From the NCBI RefSeq assembly GCF_003018255.1, contig NZ_CP027440.1: a DNA stretch of 64,000 nucleotides. One strand, written 5' to 3'. The translations under genes and the position numbers were made by a program. Shown here in pieces: positions 11,384 through 22,409 of the stretch. This DNA comes from Escherichia coli. GTDB lineage: Bacteria; Pseudomonadota; Gammaproteobacteria; Enterobacterales; Enterobacteriaceae. Each line of letters opens with the position of its first letter. Within the stretch, counting starts at the first letter, position 1. The notes below the pieces were generated by a model, which was not told the DNA's origin, ran no database searches, and saw nothing but the letters and a program-made list of their open reading frames with translations.

Positions 11384-12301
11384 TTAGCTCACCAATTGCC
11401 ACTGCCTTTTTTCCATCACTGGAGAACTCATCACTGACATTAACAACTCTTTCACTGCTTGCGCCTGTGGTGATAAGTTCGCTCTGGCGGGTAAATTTAA
11501 TGACAAAGAGAGACTCATGGAAGGTGTGGTAATGCGTGACATCCACCCGTTTACTGCGCCACATAACGAACGCGCGGCCGATTCGGGTAATACTGCAACG
11601 CCCATGCCGCTGGCAATCGCTGCGGTAAGCGTGGCAATAGACTCAATTTCACCAATGACTTTTGCCGTGAGTCGCCGTAGGGAAAAAGCCTCATCAACAC
11701 GAAGTCTAATAGCACTGTAATCACTGGGGAGAAAGAGGTTCATTTGCGCAATAGCATTAACATCAACGCTTTGCCCCGGGCAATCTTGAGTTCCTACCAG
11801 AAAAAGATCTTCTTTCAGTAAAGCCTGACTGGATACACCAGCCACAGGGGAATGCTCATAAATCACCGCCATATCGAGTTGATGATTTATCAGTTTTTCG
11901 TTAAGTACTGCACCGCTATTTTCATGAAGATAGATAACGACCTCAGGGAATTCAGCGCGAACCGCCTGTAATAAGGGCATGGTGATGGATGACGCAGCGG
12001 TTCCTGGCGCAAAGCCAATCGAGACTTGCCCCGATAATGCCTGACCAACGTTATGCACCGCCAGTTGGGCCTGCTCACACTGACGTAAAATGGCCCGCGC
12101 ATGGGTATAGAGAATTTTTCCGGCGTCAGTTGGCGTAACGCCCCGTTTTGTGCGAATCAAAAGTTGTTGATTTAACTCACCTTCCAGTGTGGCAACCTGC
12201 TGACTGAGCGCTGGTTGTGCGATATGCAATACTTCAGCAGCCTGGGTCAGGCTACCAATATCTACAATTTTTACGAAGTATTTCAGGCGTCTGAAGTTCA
12301 T
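11384..12301 (-). CDS. nac: Nitrogen assimilation control protein, LysR family
   Basis: 305 aa from MNFRRLKYFVKIVDIGSLTQAAEVLHIAQPALSQQ; the listed ORF has a 10-codon upstream extension. Confidence 0.9.
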   Translation of the reverse strand: MNFRRLKYFVKIVDIGSLTQAAEVLHIAQPALSQQVATLEGELNQQLLIRTKRGVTPTDAGKILYTHARAILRQCEQAQLAVHNVGQALSGQVSIGFAPGTAASSITMPLLQAVRAEFPEVVIYLHENSGAVLNEKLINHQLDMAVIYEHSPVAGVSSQALLKEDLFLVGTQDCPGQSVDVNAIAQMNLFLPSDYSAIRLRVDEAFSLRRLTAKVIGEIESIATLTAAIASGMGVAVLPESAARSLCGAVNGWMSRITTPSMSLSLSLNLPARANLSPQAQAVKELLMSVMSSPVMEKRQWQLVS

Positions 12302-12580
12302 GTTGCCTCCGGTTTTTAAGAATCGGCCCAAGTGCCGCCATTACTTACAACCAGATTGCAAGATGCTTGCCAGTTTTATTTTGGCGTTGATGTACAAGCT
12401 AAGCAACTGTCAAATAAGAGATTATGATAGGTTCGTCATTGGCTCTTTTTATCAGCTGTCGCGTTCCCCTGCCCTATAAAAGGAGGGTATGCACCACGAT
12501 GGTTCATTACCCAATAAGATTGAAAGCTCACCACTTTGTTGAAATTGACAGCAAACAAACAAAAAAATGCATTTCACCCT

Positions 12581-12609
12581 TTGACATCACCATGCACTGC
12601 CATTAATAT
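12581..12609 (+). promoter_or_regulatory. sigma70 promoter of asnV
   Basis: TTGACA at 12581-12586, 17-bp spacer, TAATAT at 12604-12609, then GCGCC discriminator. Confidence 0.6.
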
Positions 12610-12627
12610 GCGCCCCGTTCACACGAT

Positions 12628-12703
12628 TCCTCTGTAGTTCAGTCGGTAGAACGGCGGACTGTTAATCCGTATGTCACTGGTTCGAGTCCAGTCAGAGGAG
12701 CCA
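12628..12703 (+). tRNA. asnV: tRNA-Asn (GUU)
   Basis: Identical 76-nt tRNA-Asn sequence. Confidence 0.95.
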
Positions 12704-12710
12704 GATTCAA

Positions 12711-12737
12711 AAAAGCCTGCTTTCTAGCAGGCTTTTT
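12711..12737 (+). terminator. Rho-independent terminator of asnV
   Basis: Hairpin aaaagcctgc-tttcta-gcaggctttt. Confidence 0.7.
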
Positions 12738-12758
12738 GCTTTCTAATTACCAACGCTC

Positions 12759-13694
12759 TTAAAACATCTGTCTTGAACCAGAACTAATTTGCACAGGCAT
12801 TCCCGATCGACGTTGCAACGCAGCATTTGCGCGATTCACATCAACTTCTTGCCCGTTGATAAACGCCCGCAAAGATGGGGTTACCGGCAATGGCACTTTT
12901 CGGTCAGACTCATATTCAGCACGATTGCGCGATAGCGGCTCATGAACTTCCAGCCACTTTGAACCATCCGGTTCCGTTGTGTATTTCACTGGCTGGTCGA
13001 TAATTTGCACACGAGTACCTACAGGAACATTATCAAACAGATATTTGATATCGTCATTGCGCAGACGAATACAGCCCTGACTTACCCGGAGCCCAATACC
13101 AAAATTGGCATTGGTACCGTGGATGGCATACAACCTGCCAATATAAATCGCGTACAGCCCCATGGGATTATCGGGCCCCGCAGGAACAAATGCGGGCAAA
13201 CTCTCCCCTCGTTTCGCATATTCGCGCCGGGTGTTCGGCGTTGGCGTCCAGGTTGGTGCTTCTTGTTTACGTTCAACGGTAGTCACCCAGTTACGCGGGG
13301 TTTCTCGCCCAGCCTGGCCGATACCAATAGGAAAGACTTCCACAGTATTACTGTCTGGTGGGTAGTAATAAAGACGCATCTCAGCGACGTTAACCACAAT
13401 CCCTTTACGAATAGTGGCGGGCAAAATCAGTTGCTGCGGAATGGTGAGTTGCGAGCCTGACTTCGGCAAGAAAACATCAGCGCCCGGATTCGCTTCCAGC
13501 ATGTTACTTAACCCTTGCCCGTATTGTGCGGCAAAAGTCTCCAGCGGCTGGGTATTGTGATCAGGAACAGTTACAGTAAGCGACTGTCCCACTAAACGGC
13601 TACCCTCTGGAGGTAATGGATAAGTTACCGCCAGGCTATTATGGCTGGCAAAAAGTAGAGCAAATGAGCAAAAAATATTTACACGACGCATCAT
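12759..13694 (-). CDS. ldtA: L,D-transpeptidase (YkuD domain)
   Basis: 311-aa protein with signal peptide and a catalytic region containing HGT...SQGCIRL, the YkuD active-site signature. Confidence 0.9.
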   Translation of the reverse strand: MMRRVNIFCSFALLFASHNSLAVTYPLPPEGSRLVGQSLTVTVPDHNTQPLETFAAQYGQGLSNMLEANPGADVFLPKSGSQLTIPQQLILPATIRKGIVVNVAEMRLYYYPPDSNTVEVFPIGIGQAGRETPRNWVTTVERKQEAPTWTPTPNTRREYAKRGESLPAFVPAGPDNPMGLYAIYIGRLYAIHGTNANFGIGLRVSQGCIRLRNDDIKYLFDNVPVGTRVQIIDQPVKYTTEPDGSKWLEVHEPLSRNRAEYESDRKVPLPVTPSLRAFINGQEVDVNRANAALQRRSGMPVQISSGSRQMF

Positions 13695-13755
13695 GTCCCT
13701 TTCCTAAGTCGCGAAAGCTATCGGTTAAGTATAGCTTTTATCAGACTTTTCGTTT

Positions 13756-14835
13756 TTAACTGTTCAAATCAGAAGTCGTATTCCCCGGTAGAACAATATT
13801 ACTGGCAGCAAGTTCGCCCATGTTGTTGTATATCGCACAAGCAGCTTCGATGATGGGCATCGCCAGAGCTGCGCCACTCCCCTCACCTAAACGCATCTCC
13901 ATATTGAGATAAGGCTCCAGCCCCAAATGCGACAGCGCTATACGCGCCCCTTTTTCTGCCGACAGGTGAGAAGGAATGAGATACGGTTTGATTGCAGGAG
14001 ACATCTGGCAGGCTGCGAGCGCAGCAGCATAAGAAAGAAATCCATCCAGCAACACGGGTAAACCGCAGGACGCAGCGCCTAACATCACGCCAGCCATTCC
14101 GACCAAATCAAATCCACCCACTTTTGCCAGGACATCAACGCCATCCTGCGTATTTGGTTGATTCAACGTAATCGCCCGGCGCACAACATCAATTTTATTA
14201 GCCAGTTTATCTGTCGGCAGGTTTGCGCCAATCCCAACCACTTCTTCAGGAGCCCGACCAGTGATTGTGCTCACTATCGCCGCTGCCGGTGTCGTGTTTG
14301 CCATCCCCAATTCACCTACACCAAACAGCGTGACACCGTTTTTTGCCAGATCCCGCGTATAGCATATGACGTCCAAAAGCAACGTTTCAGCCTGACGGCG
14401 ACTCATTGCCGGAGCTGAAGCAATATTGTCGCTACCTCGTGCGACACGCATGTTGATAAGCCCGGGGATAGGCTCAGCAGTATCAATACCAACATCAATT
14501 ACGTGGACGCTAGCGCCCGCTTGTGCTGCCAGCACACACACGCCGGTTGTTCCGCGGGTCATATTTTCAGCCTGAATGGCTGTCACTTCTTTTGGGGAAA
14601 TAGCGACCCCTTCCTCCCAGACGCCGTGATCGGCACACATAACCAGTACCGCTTTTTTGCCCACATGCGGTATGCCATTCAACCCCGGCATTCCCGCCAG
14701 TTGTACGCCAAGCGCCTCCAGCCTTCCCAGGCTACCAACAGGTTTGAGTAACCCGTCAATATGCCGTTGTGCACGCGACATAGCGGCAGGATCGATGGCA
14801 GGGATCGTATTCAGTAAATTGGCAAGTGTTTGCAT
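13756..14835 (-). CDS. cobT: Nicotinate-nucleotide--dimethylbenzimidazole phosphoribosyltransferase
   Basis: 359-aa protein of the CobT family; last gene of the cobUST operon. Confidence 0.9.
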   Translation of the reverse strand: MQTLANLLNTIPAIDPAAMSRAQRHIDGLLKPVGSLGRLEALGVQLAGMPGLNGIPHVGKKAVLVMCADHGVWEEGVAISPKEVTAIQAENMTRGTTGVCVLAAQAGASVHVIDVGIDTAEPIPGLINMRVARGSDNIASAPAMSRRQAETLLLDVICYTRDLAKNGVTLFGVGELGMANTTPAAAIVSTITGRAPEEVVGIGANLPTDKLANKIDVVRRAITLNQPNTQDGVDVLAKVGGFDLVGMAGVMLGAASCGLPVLLDGFLSYAAALAACQMSPAIKPYLIPSHLSAEKGARIALSHLGLEPYLNMEMRLGEGSGAALAMPIIEAACAIYNNMGELAASNIVLPGNTTSDLNS

Positions 14836-14846
14836 GTCACGTCTCT

Positions 14847-15590
14847 TTATAGCAGTGCCAGCAGGAAGACCAGTTCACCAAGCTCTATGGCTGCTCCCAG
14901 CGTATCGCCGGTTTGCCCGCCCAGCGTACGTTTGAGAAGCTGACCGAGGATGAAAATCGCCACCATCGTCACCACCATAGCAGCCACACCATGCATACCT
15001 GGCAATAATACAGCAGCAAAAATAGCGGCTAAACCGAGTGTGACGCAGGTTTGTCGCCCATCAATTTTGCCAATGAACACATTGCCAAGCCCTTCTTCCC
15101 GGGCATAACGATGACGATACATCAATAATGCGGCAGTCCCGCGGCTAACCGCGCATGCTGCCGCCAGCGATGCAAGGATCGGTTCGCCACGCAGAGCCAA
15201 TTCGCTTAACACCAGAATCTTTGCCAGTACAACAAAAATCAATGCCAGACCGCCGTGGGTGCCTAAACGGCTATCACGCATGATTTCCAACATGCGATCG
15301 CGGCTACGTGCAGAAAATACGCCATCACAGGTATCGGCGAGGCCGTCCAGGTGGAATCCCCCGGTCATCAGCGCCAGCACCAGCACGCTAAACAGTGCCG
15401 CCAGTGGTACGCCACACCATGCCTGCAGCACCATGAAGACCAGCCCGCTAATCGCGCCAAGCAATAAACCAATTAAAGGAAAAGTAATAATACCGCGAGA
15501 ATAATGCTCGAAATCCAATCCCTGGGACCAGCGACGCGGCACAGGCAGACGCGTAATAAAAGAGAGCATCGCCCAAAATAATTTACTCAT
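14847..15590 (-). CDS. cobS: Adenosylcobinamide-GDP ribazoletransferase (cobalamin synthase)
   Basis: 247-aa membrane protein from [18 protein letters not shown]; its start overlaps the cobU stop. Confidence 0.9.
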   Translation of the reverse strand: MSKLFWAMLSFITRLPVPRRWSQGLDFEHYSRGIITFPLIGLLLGAISGLVFMVLQAWCGVPLAALFSVLVLALMTGGFHLDGLADTCDGVFSARSRDRMLEIMRDSRLGTHGGLALIFVVLAKILVLSELALRGEPILASLAAACAVSRGTAALLMYRHRYAREEGLGNVFIGKIDGRQTCVTLGLAAIFAAVLLPGMHGVAAMVVTMVAIFILGQLLKRTLGGQTGDTLGAAIELGELVFLLALL

Positions 15591-16132
15591 TTGATTTTTA
15601 CTCCAATACCCGAAACCACCAGCCACACTTCATTTGCCGCAGCGGCCAGCTGCTGATTTACCCGCCCGGCAATATCACGAAAATGTCGTGCCAGACGACT
15701 CTCCGGCACAATCCCCATTCCCACTTCGTTAGTCACTAATACAACCTTTGCGGGGCAACGTTGGCAGGCAGCAATCAACGACTGAATCTCAGCATTAATC
15801 GCCTGTTCCATCGCCTGATAATCCCATTCATCAGGGTCTTTATCTCCGCCATAATCAAACAACAGATTAGTCACCATTGTGGTAACGCATTCCAGCAACA
15901 CAGTTTCATGCGGGTTAATGTCTGCATGAATTAATTCATCAAGATGTTGCCAGCGCTCCACCGTGCGCCAGTGCGCCGGGCGGCCTTGCCGATGATGTTC
16001 TATCCGTGCAGCCATCTCATTATCAAGGATTTGAGAGGTGGCGATATACAGAACCTGTGAAGAGTCCCCAATAAGCGCCTCTGCGTGGCGACTCTTCCCG
16101 CTCCGTGCGCCCCCCGTCACCAAAATCATCAT
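15587..16132 (-). CDS. cobU: Adenosylcobinamide kinase / adenosylcobinamide-phosphate guanylyltransferase
   Basis: 181 aa from [18 protein letters not shown] (P-loop); the listed ORF has an upstream extension. Confidence 0.9.
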   Translation of the reverse strand: MMILVTGGARSGKSRHAEALIGDSSQVLYIATSQILDNEMAARIEHHRQGRPAHWRTVERWQHLDELIHADINPHETVLLECVTTMVTNLLFDYGGDKDPDEWDYQAMEQAINAEIQSLIAACQRCPAKVVLVTNEVGMGIVPESRLARHFRDIAGRVNQQLAAAANEVWLVVSGIGVKIK

Positions 16133-16264
16133 ACCGACTCCTGATTCAATTGTATGATGGTATTCATTGAACAGAACAATGGATCCCCACCGTTGCTGAC
16201 CGCAAAACATTTACGCGATTAATACTGCGCGTAATACAATTAAAAATCCAGCATTCTCAATCCA

Positions 16265-16771
16265 TTACGAAAGAAGATGGCATTGCGGGATAGCCAGACT
16301 TCCTCGTGTTAACGTACGACAAAATGCGTCATTGACAGCGGTTTCTCTGGAATGACAGATTTCATTCAGATAATGGATTAATGCTACAGCCCCACCAGCC
16401 GGACCAGTCAGCAAACGGGCATTGTGTTCTGCAATCACAATTACCGTCGTTCCTTCAGAATGAGCGAGCCATTCTGGTACGGATATCTCGCTTTCAGCTG
16501 CTATCAATAGCAGCACTGAATAATCGCCATACACATCTGATAACGATTGCACAGGCCCACCGTCAAGAGGCTGGAAATCTTGCTGCCAGTCCTCACCAAC
16601 AAAACAGGTTATTGGCAATATTTCAGCCAGATGTTTCGCCAGGTCCACATCTCCAGATAAGAGGCAAAAAAGAGCTATCGATTCGGGTTTTATCGTTTTC
16701 ATGCCTCTCGCCCTCCACTTAGTTTCCTGTAATGTCGGTCTGGTTGATGAGCCATGAAACAAGATTGCCAC
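16265..16771 (-). CDS. Hypothetical protein (168 codons, GTG start); possibly a decayed cbi remnant
   Basis: Sits where cbi genes would lie between the riboswitch leader and cobU. Two in-frame stop codons separate it from the in-frame upstream ORF 16817-17017. No family recognised. Confidence 0.3.
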   Translation of the reverse strand: MAILFHGSSTRPTLQETKWRARGMKTIKPESIALFCLLSGDVDLAKHLAEILPITCFVGEDWQQDFQPLDGGPVQSLSDVYGDYSVLLLIAAESEISVPEWLAHSEGTTVIVIAEHNARLLTGPAGGAVALIHYLNEICHSRETAVNDAFCRTLTRGSLAIPQCHLLS

Positions 16772-16930
16772 ACCTTAAGTGCAGCCCTGGTGCCTGTCGG
16801 CACTGCGATGAAAGAACTAAATGATGCCGCCATACCCTGATCCTTTCAGGGTGGTAGGGGTATAAAGACGCGCCTGTACTCTACTGGACGCTTCCGGGCA
16901 ACCCACTTCCCACCGAAGTTGTTGGTAATG

Positions 16931-17084
16931 ACTGACTGGCTGGTCTTCTGGCTTAGCGTCATCCTCTCCCGACCTTCCCAATCTCGCGATCAGTGGCATT
17001 TTCGGGTTTGTCAGCATTACAGCAGCGGGGGCTGCGAGGGATTTTCACCCTCTTCCCAGGCACAAATGTGCCACACCTGTCAGC
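16931..17084 (-). ncRNA. Cobalamin (AdoCbl) riboswitch-like leader element
   Basis: Minus-strand sequence contains AGGGTGAAAATCCC, GCAGCCCCCGCTGCTGTAATG, GCCACTG, GGGAAGG and a B12-box-like AAGCCAGAAGACCAGCC, with flanking CTGAC/GTCAG able to form P1; lies just downstream of pocR where the Salmonella cob leader lies. Confidence 0.65.
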
Positions 17085-17186
17085 GTATGTTATGAGCTGA
17101 TTTCACTTTTCCCATAACAGGTAAATAACGTTAATTATTCATTGCAGAGTTTATTTAAACCGTCCTCTTTTTTTGGGGCATTTACT

Positions 17187-18101
17187 CTATACCGTTTCCA
17201 TCGCCGCATTTTCATTCACTTGCTGTCGATACACCTGCGGCGTAACCTGATAAGTCTGACGGAAAACTTTGCAAAAATAACTGGTTTGCGAAAAACCTAA
17301 ATTACGCGCAATGCTGGCGATGCTCCAGTCACTATGGCACAGTAACTCACGAGCGCTGGCCATCCGTTGTTGGTTTACCCACGCATTAAACCCAATCCCA
17401 TGGTATTTCTTAAATAACTTGCTGAAATAATAAGGGCTTAGATAAACGTGCGAGGCGACATCTTCCAGACGCAAATCGTCTGATAAATGCGCATCAATAT
17501 AGCGTAAAGCTTTTTTCATTTTATTGTCGTGGGGACCAGGCGCACGAGTCTGGCGCACCGAATCTGACTGAAATTTGTTCTCTTTAATAACAACAAAATT
17601 GAGTTGTTTTTTGAGGCAATTTTCCACAATCAACTTCAACAAATCAGCAGAGGCCATAACTCTTGAGTAATCCATCTCTGGGACTTTGCGAAATTCATTA
17701 AGTAATTCGGGATCTGCCTGCCAGCAATCATCGACATTCAGAATATCGACCAAATCGACATCATCATTACGCAGACGAACTTGCCCGCACAATACAAAAC
17801 CAACTAAATGTCCGGCGATTACCAGTGGAATAGAGAAATCGGTTAATCCGGCATGACAGCGATAAATACAAGGCTGATCGGATTTAGAGGCTTCCAGGCC
17901 CCCACAACGATCGCTCATGCGACATCGAGTACTCAGCTGAGGGTGTTGCCGCATCATCTGACAAAATGGAGTGAAGTTAAACAGCTCGGAAATTTCATCG
18001 CCGTGAATATTGACCACGACAACCGCAAGGCTGGTCGCCTGCGCAAAATCCTGCGCGATTTTATTAATGAGTTCTGAATTAAGTGTCGCCGCAGAAATCA
18101 T
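17187..18101 (-). CDS. pocR: AraC-family transcriptional activator of the pdu/cob regulon
   Basis: 304-aa protein with a C-terminal AraC HTH domain and an N-terminus close to Salmonella PocR (MISAATLNSELINKIAQDFAQAT...). Confidence 0.9.
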   Translation of the reverse strand: MISAATLNSELINKIAQDFAQATSLAVVVVNIHGDEISELFNFTPFCQMMRQHPQLSTRCRMSDRCGGLEASKSDQPCIYRCHAGLTDFSIPLVIAGHLVGFVLCGQVRLRNDDVDLVDILNVDDCWQADPELLNEFRKVPEMDYSRVMASADLLKLIVENCLKKQLNFVVIKENKFQSDSVRQTRAPGPHDNKMKKALRYIDAHLSDDLRLEDVASHVYLSPYYFSKLFKKYHGIGFNAWVNQQRMASARELLCHSDWSIASIARNLGFSQTSYFCKVFRQTYQVTPQVYRQQVNENAAMETV

Positions 18102-18303
18102 GATAAAACCTCCCAGTTAATTTATTGTTATAGCAAAACAATTGTTTTACATTTAATCTTCACATCATCCTTGATGATTTACTGACGAGAAGCACAAAGG
18201 ACAATAACAAAAGCCTCCGTGAAGCGGGAGACTTTTTAATAAGTTCGGAAAGCAGATCACAAACAGTAAAAAAATAAACGTTTATAACTGCCAGATTATT
18301 TCG

Positions 18304-19113
18304 TTATTCGCTGATTTCTTTAGGCGTTACACTATTGACAGGTAAATTCTTTGCAATGAGATAGCGATAAATCGCCGCACCAACACATGCCCCAATGATC
18401 GGTGCAATAATGGGTACAATGAAATAAGGAATATTGCGTCCACCAGTCATCGCAATTTCCCCCCAACCCGCAAACCAGGTGAAAATTTTAGGTCCAAAAT
18501 CACGCGCTGGATTCATGGCAAAACCGGTTAATGGTCCGGTAGAAGCACCAATAACAGCAACCAGAATACCAATAAGTAAAGGCGCAAGCGGTCCTTTGGG
18601 TACGCCATTACCGTCATCGGTCAACGCCATAATCAACCCCATTAACATGGACGTTATGACCACTTCGACCAACGCAGCTTGCCATACATTAATCGCCGCT
18701 GCCGGATAAGTACTGAAGATACTGGCGAGTTGTAAACTTTCTGCGCTACCACGCACCATATTGTGAGCAGATTCAAAATCGGTAAATAAACTGCTGTAGA
18801 GAGAATATGCCAGAACCGCACCACCAAAGGCACCCGCTAATTGCGCCACACAAAATGGCAGCACTTTACGGGCTGGGAAAGAGGCAAACAGCCACAGAGC
18901 AATGGTAACTGCCGGGTTGAGATGAGCGCCGGAAATACCTGCCGTAAGGTAAACAGCAAGCGAAATCCCTAACCCCCAAATGATACAAATTTCCCACAGT
19001 CCCAGACTTGCCCCGGCAAGTTTCAGGGCGCACAAACAACCAATGCCAAAAAAGAGGAACAGTCCGGTGCCTAAAAACTCGGCAACGCATTGCGCCTTGA
19101 GTGAATCATTCAT
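18304..19113 (-). CDS. pduF: Propanediol diffusion facilitator (MIP/aquaporin family)
   Basis: Two NPA motifs (HLNPAVT, NPARDFGP); probable start MNDSLKAQC, with the listed ORF extended by 13 codons. Confidence 0.9.
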   Translation of the reverse strand: MNDSLKAQCVAEFLGTGLFLFFGIGCLCALKLAGASLGLWEICIIWGLGISLAVYLTAGISGAHLNPAVTIALWLFASFPARKVLPFCVAQLAGAFGGAVLAYSLYSSLFTDFESAHNMVRGSAESLQLASIFSTYPAAAINVWQAALVEVVITSMLMGLIMALTDDGNGVPKGPLAPLLIGILVAVIGASTGPLTGFAMNPARDFGPKIFTWFAGWGEIAMTGGRNIPYFIVPIIAPIIGACVGAAIYRYLIAKNLPVNSVTPKEISE

Positions 19114-19152
19114 AGTGACACCTTCTTTACGGAGTTTTTCTTTATCAGCCAA

Positions 19153-19623
19153 CTATGCGCTGATTGTTGTGTATACCGAGCGTAACTATAAAAAATTGCT
19201 CTGCAGAAAATATTGCCAACATGCATGACAGACTCGTGTAAAAATCGTGCTAACATAACAAATTATTGTCATTGCCGAATCATGCAACACAGCGTTAATC
19301 AGTGTTGAAAGTAATAATTACTGTCAAACTTTCACAATAAAAAATTGCCATCATGATATAATAAAATTGAAACAAATATCACAGTTCCTTCCTCGAACTA
19401 AACTCAACGAAATATTACTCGCGATTAAACTCACTAGCCAACGCAATTAATTCACATTGAAATATCCACAAAACAACTAATAAATTAACAACATATAGTT
19501 CATAAAAGCAATTTTATAATATTTGTTCTCTATTAATTTTCTCATTAGCCGATTAAGTCAGCCATTCTTTTTCCTCGCTTTTTTTTATAGTCATATCGTC
19601 AAAAAAATCCAGGCGAGGTCTTT
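19153..19623. promoter_or_regulatory. AT-rich divergent control region between pduF and pduA
   Basis: 470-bp AT-rich intergenic region between divergent pduF and pduA; regulatory sites inferred from position only. Confidence 0.5.
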
Positions 19624-19908
19624 ATGCAACAAGAAGCGTTAGGAATGGTAGAAACCAAAGGCTTAACTGCCGCCATAGAGGCCGCAGACGCCATGGTGAA
19701 GTCGGCAAATGTTTTGCTGGTCGGCTACGAAAAAATAGGTTCCGGGCTGGTGACCGTCATCGTTCGTGGTGATGTCGGGGCGGTAAAAGCGGCAACAGAC
19801 GCAGGTGCCGCAGCTGCGCGTAACGTCGGCGAAGTAAAAGCCGTACATGTTATTCCCCGCCCACATACCGATGTCGAAAAAATCTTACCAAAGGGAATTA
19901 ACCCATGA
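19624..19908 (+). CDS. pduA: BMC shell protein PduA
   Basis: 94-aa BMC-H domain protein ([30 protein letters not shown]...). Confidence 0.92.
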   Translation: MQQEALGMVETKGLTAAIEAADAMVKSANVLLVGYEKIGSGLVTVIVRGDVGAVKAATDAGAAAARNVGEVKAVHVIPRPHTDVEKILPKGINP

Positions 19909-20717
19909 GCAGCAATGAACTGGTCAAACAGATCATGGCGCAGGTCATCGCTCGCGTAGCGACGCCAGAGCATGAGGTTCTCCCGAAAACCACTCATCAA
20001 ATACGAGAGACGGCTATGGCAGAAAAAAGCTGCACGTTAACAGAATTTGTTGGCACCGCTATTGGCGACACTGTAGGTCTGGTCATTGCGAACGTTGATA
20101 GCGCCCTGTTGGACGCGATGAAGCTTGAAAAACGCTATCGTTCCATTGGCATTCTGGGTGCGCGTATTGGCGCAGGGCCACACATTATGGCCGCTGATGA
20201 AGCGGTAAAAGCCACCAACACTGAAGTTATTAGCATTGAACTTCCTCGGGATACTAAAGGCGGTGCCGGACACGGCTCATTGATCCTCTTAGGTGGCAAC
20301 GATGTTTCCGACGTGAAACGCGGTATTGAAGTCGCCCTGAAAGAACTCGATCGGACCTTTGGCGATGTCTATGCCAACGAAGCCGGACATCTTGAGCTGC
20401 AATATACCGCCCGCGCCAGCTATGCACTGGAAAAAGCGTTTGGTGCACCATTGGGACGGGCTTGCGGCGTTATTGTCGGCGCTCCGGCTGCTGTGGGTGT
20501 TCTGATGGCAGACACCGCGCTGAAGTCCGCCAATGTGGATGTTGTGGCATACAGCTCCCCCGCTCAAGGCACCAGCTACAGCAATGAAGTCATTCTGATT
20601 ATCTCGGGTGACTCCGGCGCAGTCCGCCAGGCGGTCATCTCCGCACGCGAAATCGGTAAAACCGTGCTTTCGACTCTCGGCGATACACCGAAAAACGATC
20701 GCCCTTCCTACATCTGA
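19905..20717 (+). CDS. pduB: BMC shell protein PduB (tandem BMC domains)
   Basis: 270 aa; overlaps the pduA stop. Confidence 0.9.
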   Translation: MSSNELVKQIMAQVIARVATPEHEVLPKTTHQIRETAMAEKSCTLTEFVGTAIGDTVGLVIANVDSALLDAMKLEKRYRSIGILGARIGAGPHIMAADEAVKATNTEVISIELPRDTKGGAGHGSLILLGGNDVSDVKRGIEVALKELDRTFGDVYANEAGHLELQYTARASYALEKAFGAPLGRACGVIVGAPAAVGVLMADTALKSANVDVVAYSSPAQGTSYSNEVILIISGDSGAVRQAVISAREIGKTVLSTLGDTPKNDRPSYI

Positions 20718-20735
20718 ATTCTCTGAGGCAGATTT

Positions 20736-22400
20736 ATGAGATCGAAAAGATTTGAAGCACTGGCAAAACGCCCGGTCAACCAGGACGGTTTCGTTAAAGA
20801 GTGGATTGAAGAAGGCTTCATTGCGATGGAAAGCCCGAACGATCCTAAACCGTCAATCAAAATTGTTAACGGCGTCGTTACCGAACTGGATGGAAAACCC
20901 GCCAGCCAGTTTGACCTGATCGACCACTTTATCGCCCGCTACGGCATCAATCTCGCGCGCGCCGAAGAAGTCATCGCGATGGATTCGGTAAAACTTGCCA
21001 ATATGTTGTGCGATCCAAATGTCAAACGTAGCGATATCGTTCCCCTTACCACAGCAATGACGCCTGCAAAAATCGTCGAAGTGGTTTCGCAGATGAACGT
21101 GGTAGAGATGATGATGGCGATGCAGAAAATGCGCGCCCGTCGAACACCATCACAACAGGCTCACGTCACCAACGTTAAAGATAACCCGGTACAAATTGCC
21201 GCCGACGCAGCTGAAGGCGCATGGCGCGGGTTTGATGAACAGGAAACCACCGTTGCCGTTGCTCGCTATGCACCGTTCAACGCCATCGCCCTGCTGGTCG
21301 GCTCACAGGTGGGACGTCCGGGCGTCTTGACCCAGTGTTCACTGGAAGAAGCCACCGAACTGAAACTCGGTATGTTAGGCCACACCTGTTACGCCGAAAC
21401 AATTTCTGTCTATGGTACAGAACCTGTTTTCACCGATGGCGATGATACCCCGTGGTCAAAAGGGTTTCTCGCGTCATCCTATGCGTCTCGCGGCTTAAAA
21501 ATGCGCTTTACTTCCGGCTCCGGCTCTGAAGTACAGATGGGTTACGCGGAAGGCAAATCAATGCTTTATCTCGAGGCTCGATGCATTTACATCACCAAAG
21601 CCGCAGGCGTTCAGGGTCTGCAGAATGGTTCGGTAAGCTGTATCGGTGTTCCATCAGCTGTGCCATCAGGCATCCGCGCAGTATTAGCGGAAAACTTAAT
21701 TTGCTCATCGCTGGATCTGGAATGCGCCTCCAGTAATGACCAGACCTTTACCCACTCGGATATGCGCCGTACCGCACGTTTCCTGATGCAATTTCTGCCA
21801 GGTACCGACTTTATCTCTTCCGGTTTTTCCGCTGTGCCGAACTACGACAACATGTTTGCTGGTTCAAACGAAGATGCTGAAGACTTCGATGATTACAACG
21901 TCATTCAGCGTGACCTGAAGGTTGATGGCGGCCTGCGACCAGTACGCGAAGAAGATGTTATCGCTATCCGCAATAAAGCCGCTCGCGCTTTACAGGCTGT
22001 CTTTGCCGGTATGGGACTACCGCCTATTACCGATGAAGAAGTCGAAGCGGCAACCTATGCCCACGGTTCAAAAGATATGCCTGAGCGCAATATTGTAGAA
22101 GACATCAAGTTCGCCCAGGAGATTATCAATAAAAACCGGAACAGCCTGGAAGTGGTGAAAGCCCTGGCGCAAGGCGGTTTTACCGATGTCGCCCAGGACA
22201 TGCTCAACATGCAAAAAGCAAAACTGACCGGCGATTATCTCCATACCTCAGCCATCATCGTCGATGACGGACAAGTGCTCTCTGCGGTCAATGACGTCAA
22301 TGATTACGCCGGACCGGCTACAGGTTACCGCCTGCAAGGGGAACGCTGGGAAGAGATCAAAAATATTCCCGGTGCACTTGATCCCAACGAAATTGACTAA
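20736..22400 (+). CDS. pduC: Propanediol dehydratase large subunit
   Basis: 554 aa, B12-dependent diol dehydratase alpha subunit. Confidence 0.92.
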   Translation: MRSKRFEALAKRPVNQDGFVKEWIEEGFIAMESPNDPKPSIKIVNGVVTELDGKPASQFDLIDHFIARYGINLARAEEVIAMDSVKLANMLCDPNVKRSDIVPLTTAMTPAKIVEVVSQMNVVEMMMAMQKMRARRTPSQQAHVTNVKDNPVQIAADAAEGAWRGFDEQETTVAVARYAPFNAIALLVGSQVGRPGVLTQCSLEEATELKLGMLGHTCYAETISVYGTEPVFTDGDDTPWSKGFLASSYASRGLKMRFTSGSGSEVQMGYAEGKSMLYLEARCIYITKAAGVQGLQNGSVSCIGVPSAVPSGIRAVLAENLICSSLDLECASSNDQTFTHSDMRRTARFLMQFLPGTDFISSGFSAVPNYDNMFAGSNEDAEDFDDYNVIQRDLKVDGGLRPVREEDVIAIRNKAARALQAVFAGMGLPPITDEEVEAATYAHGSKDMPERNIVEDIKFAQEIINKNRNSLEVVKALAQGGFTDVAQDMLNMQKAKLTGDYLHTSAIIVDDGQVLSAVNDVNDYAGPATGYRLQGERWEEIKNIPGALDPNEID

Positions 22401-22409
22401 GGGTGAGAA

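Noticed and set aside
16817-17017. 66-aa minus-strand ORF
   Set aside because: Overlaps the riboswitch-like element and ends in stop codons shortly before the next ORF; more likely non-coding leader than a gene.
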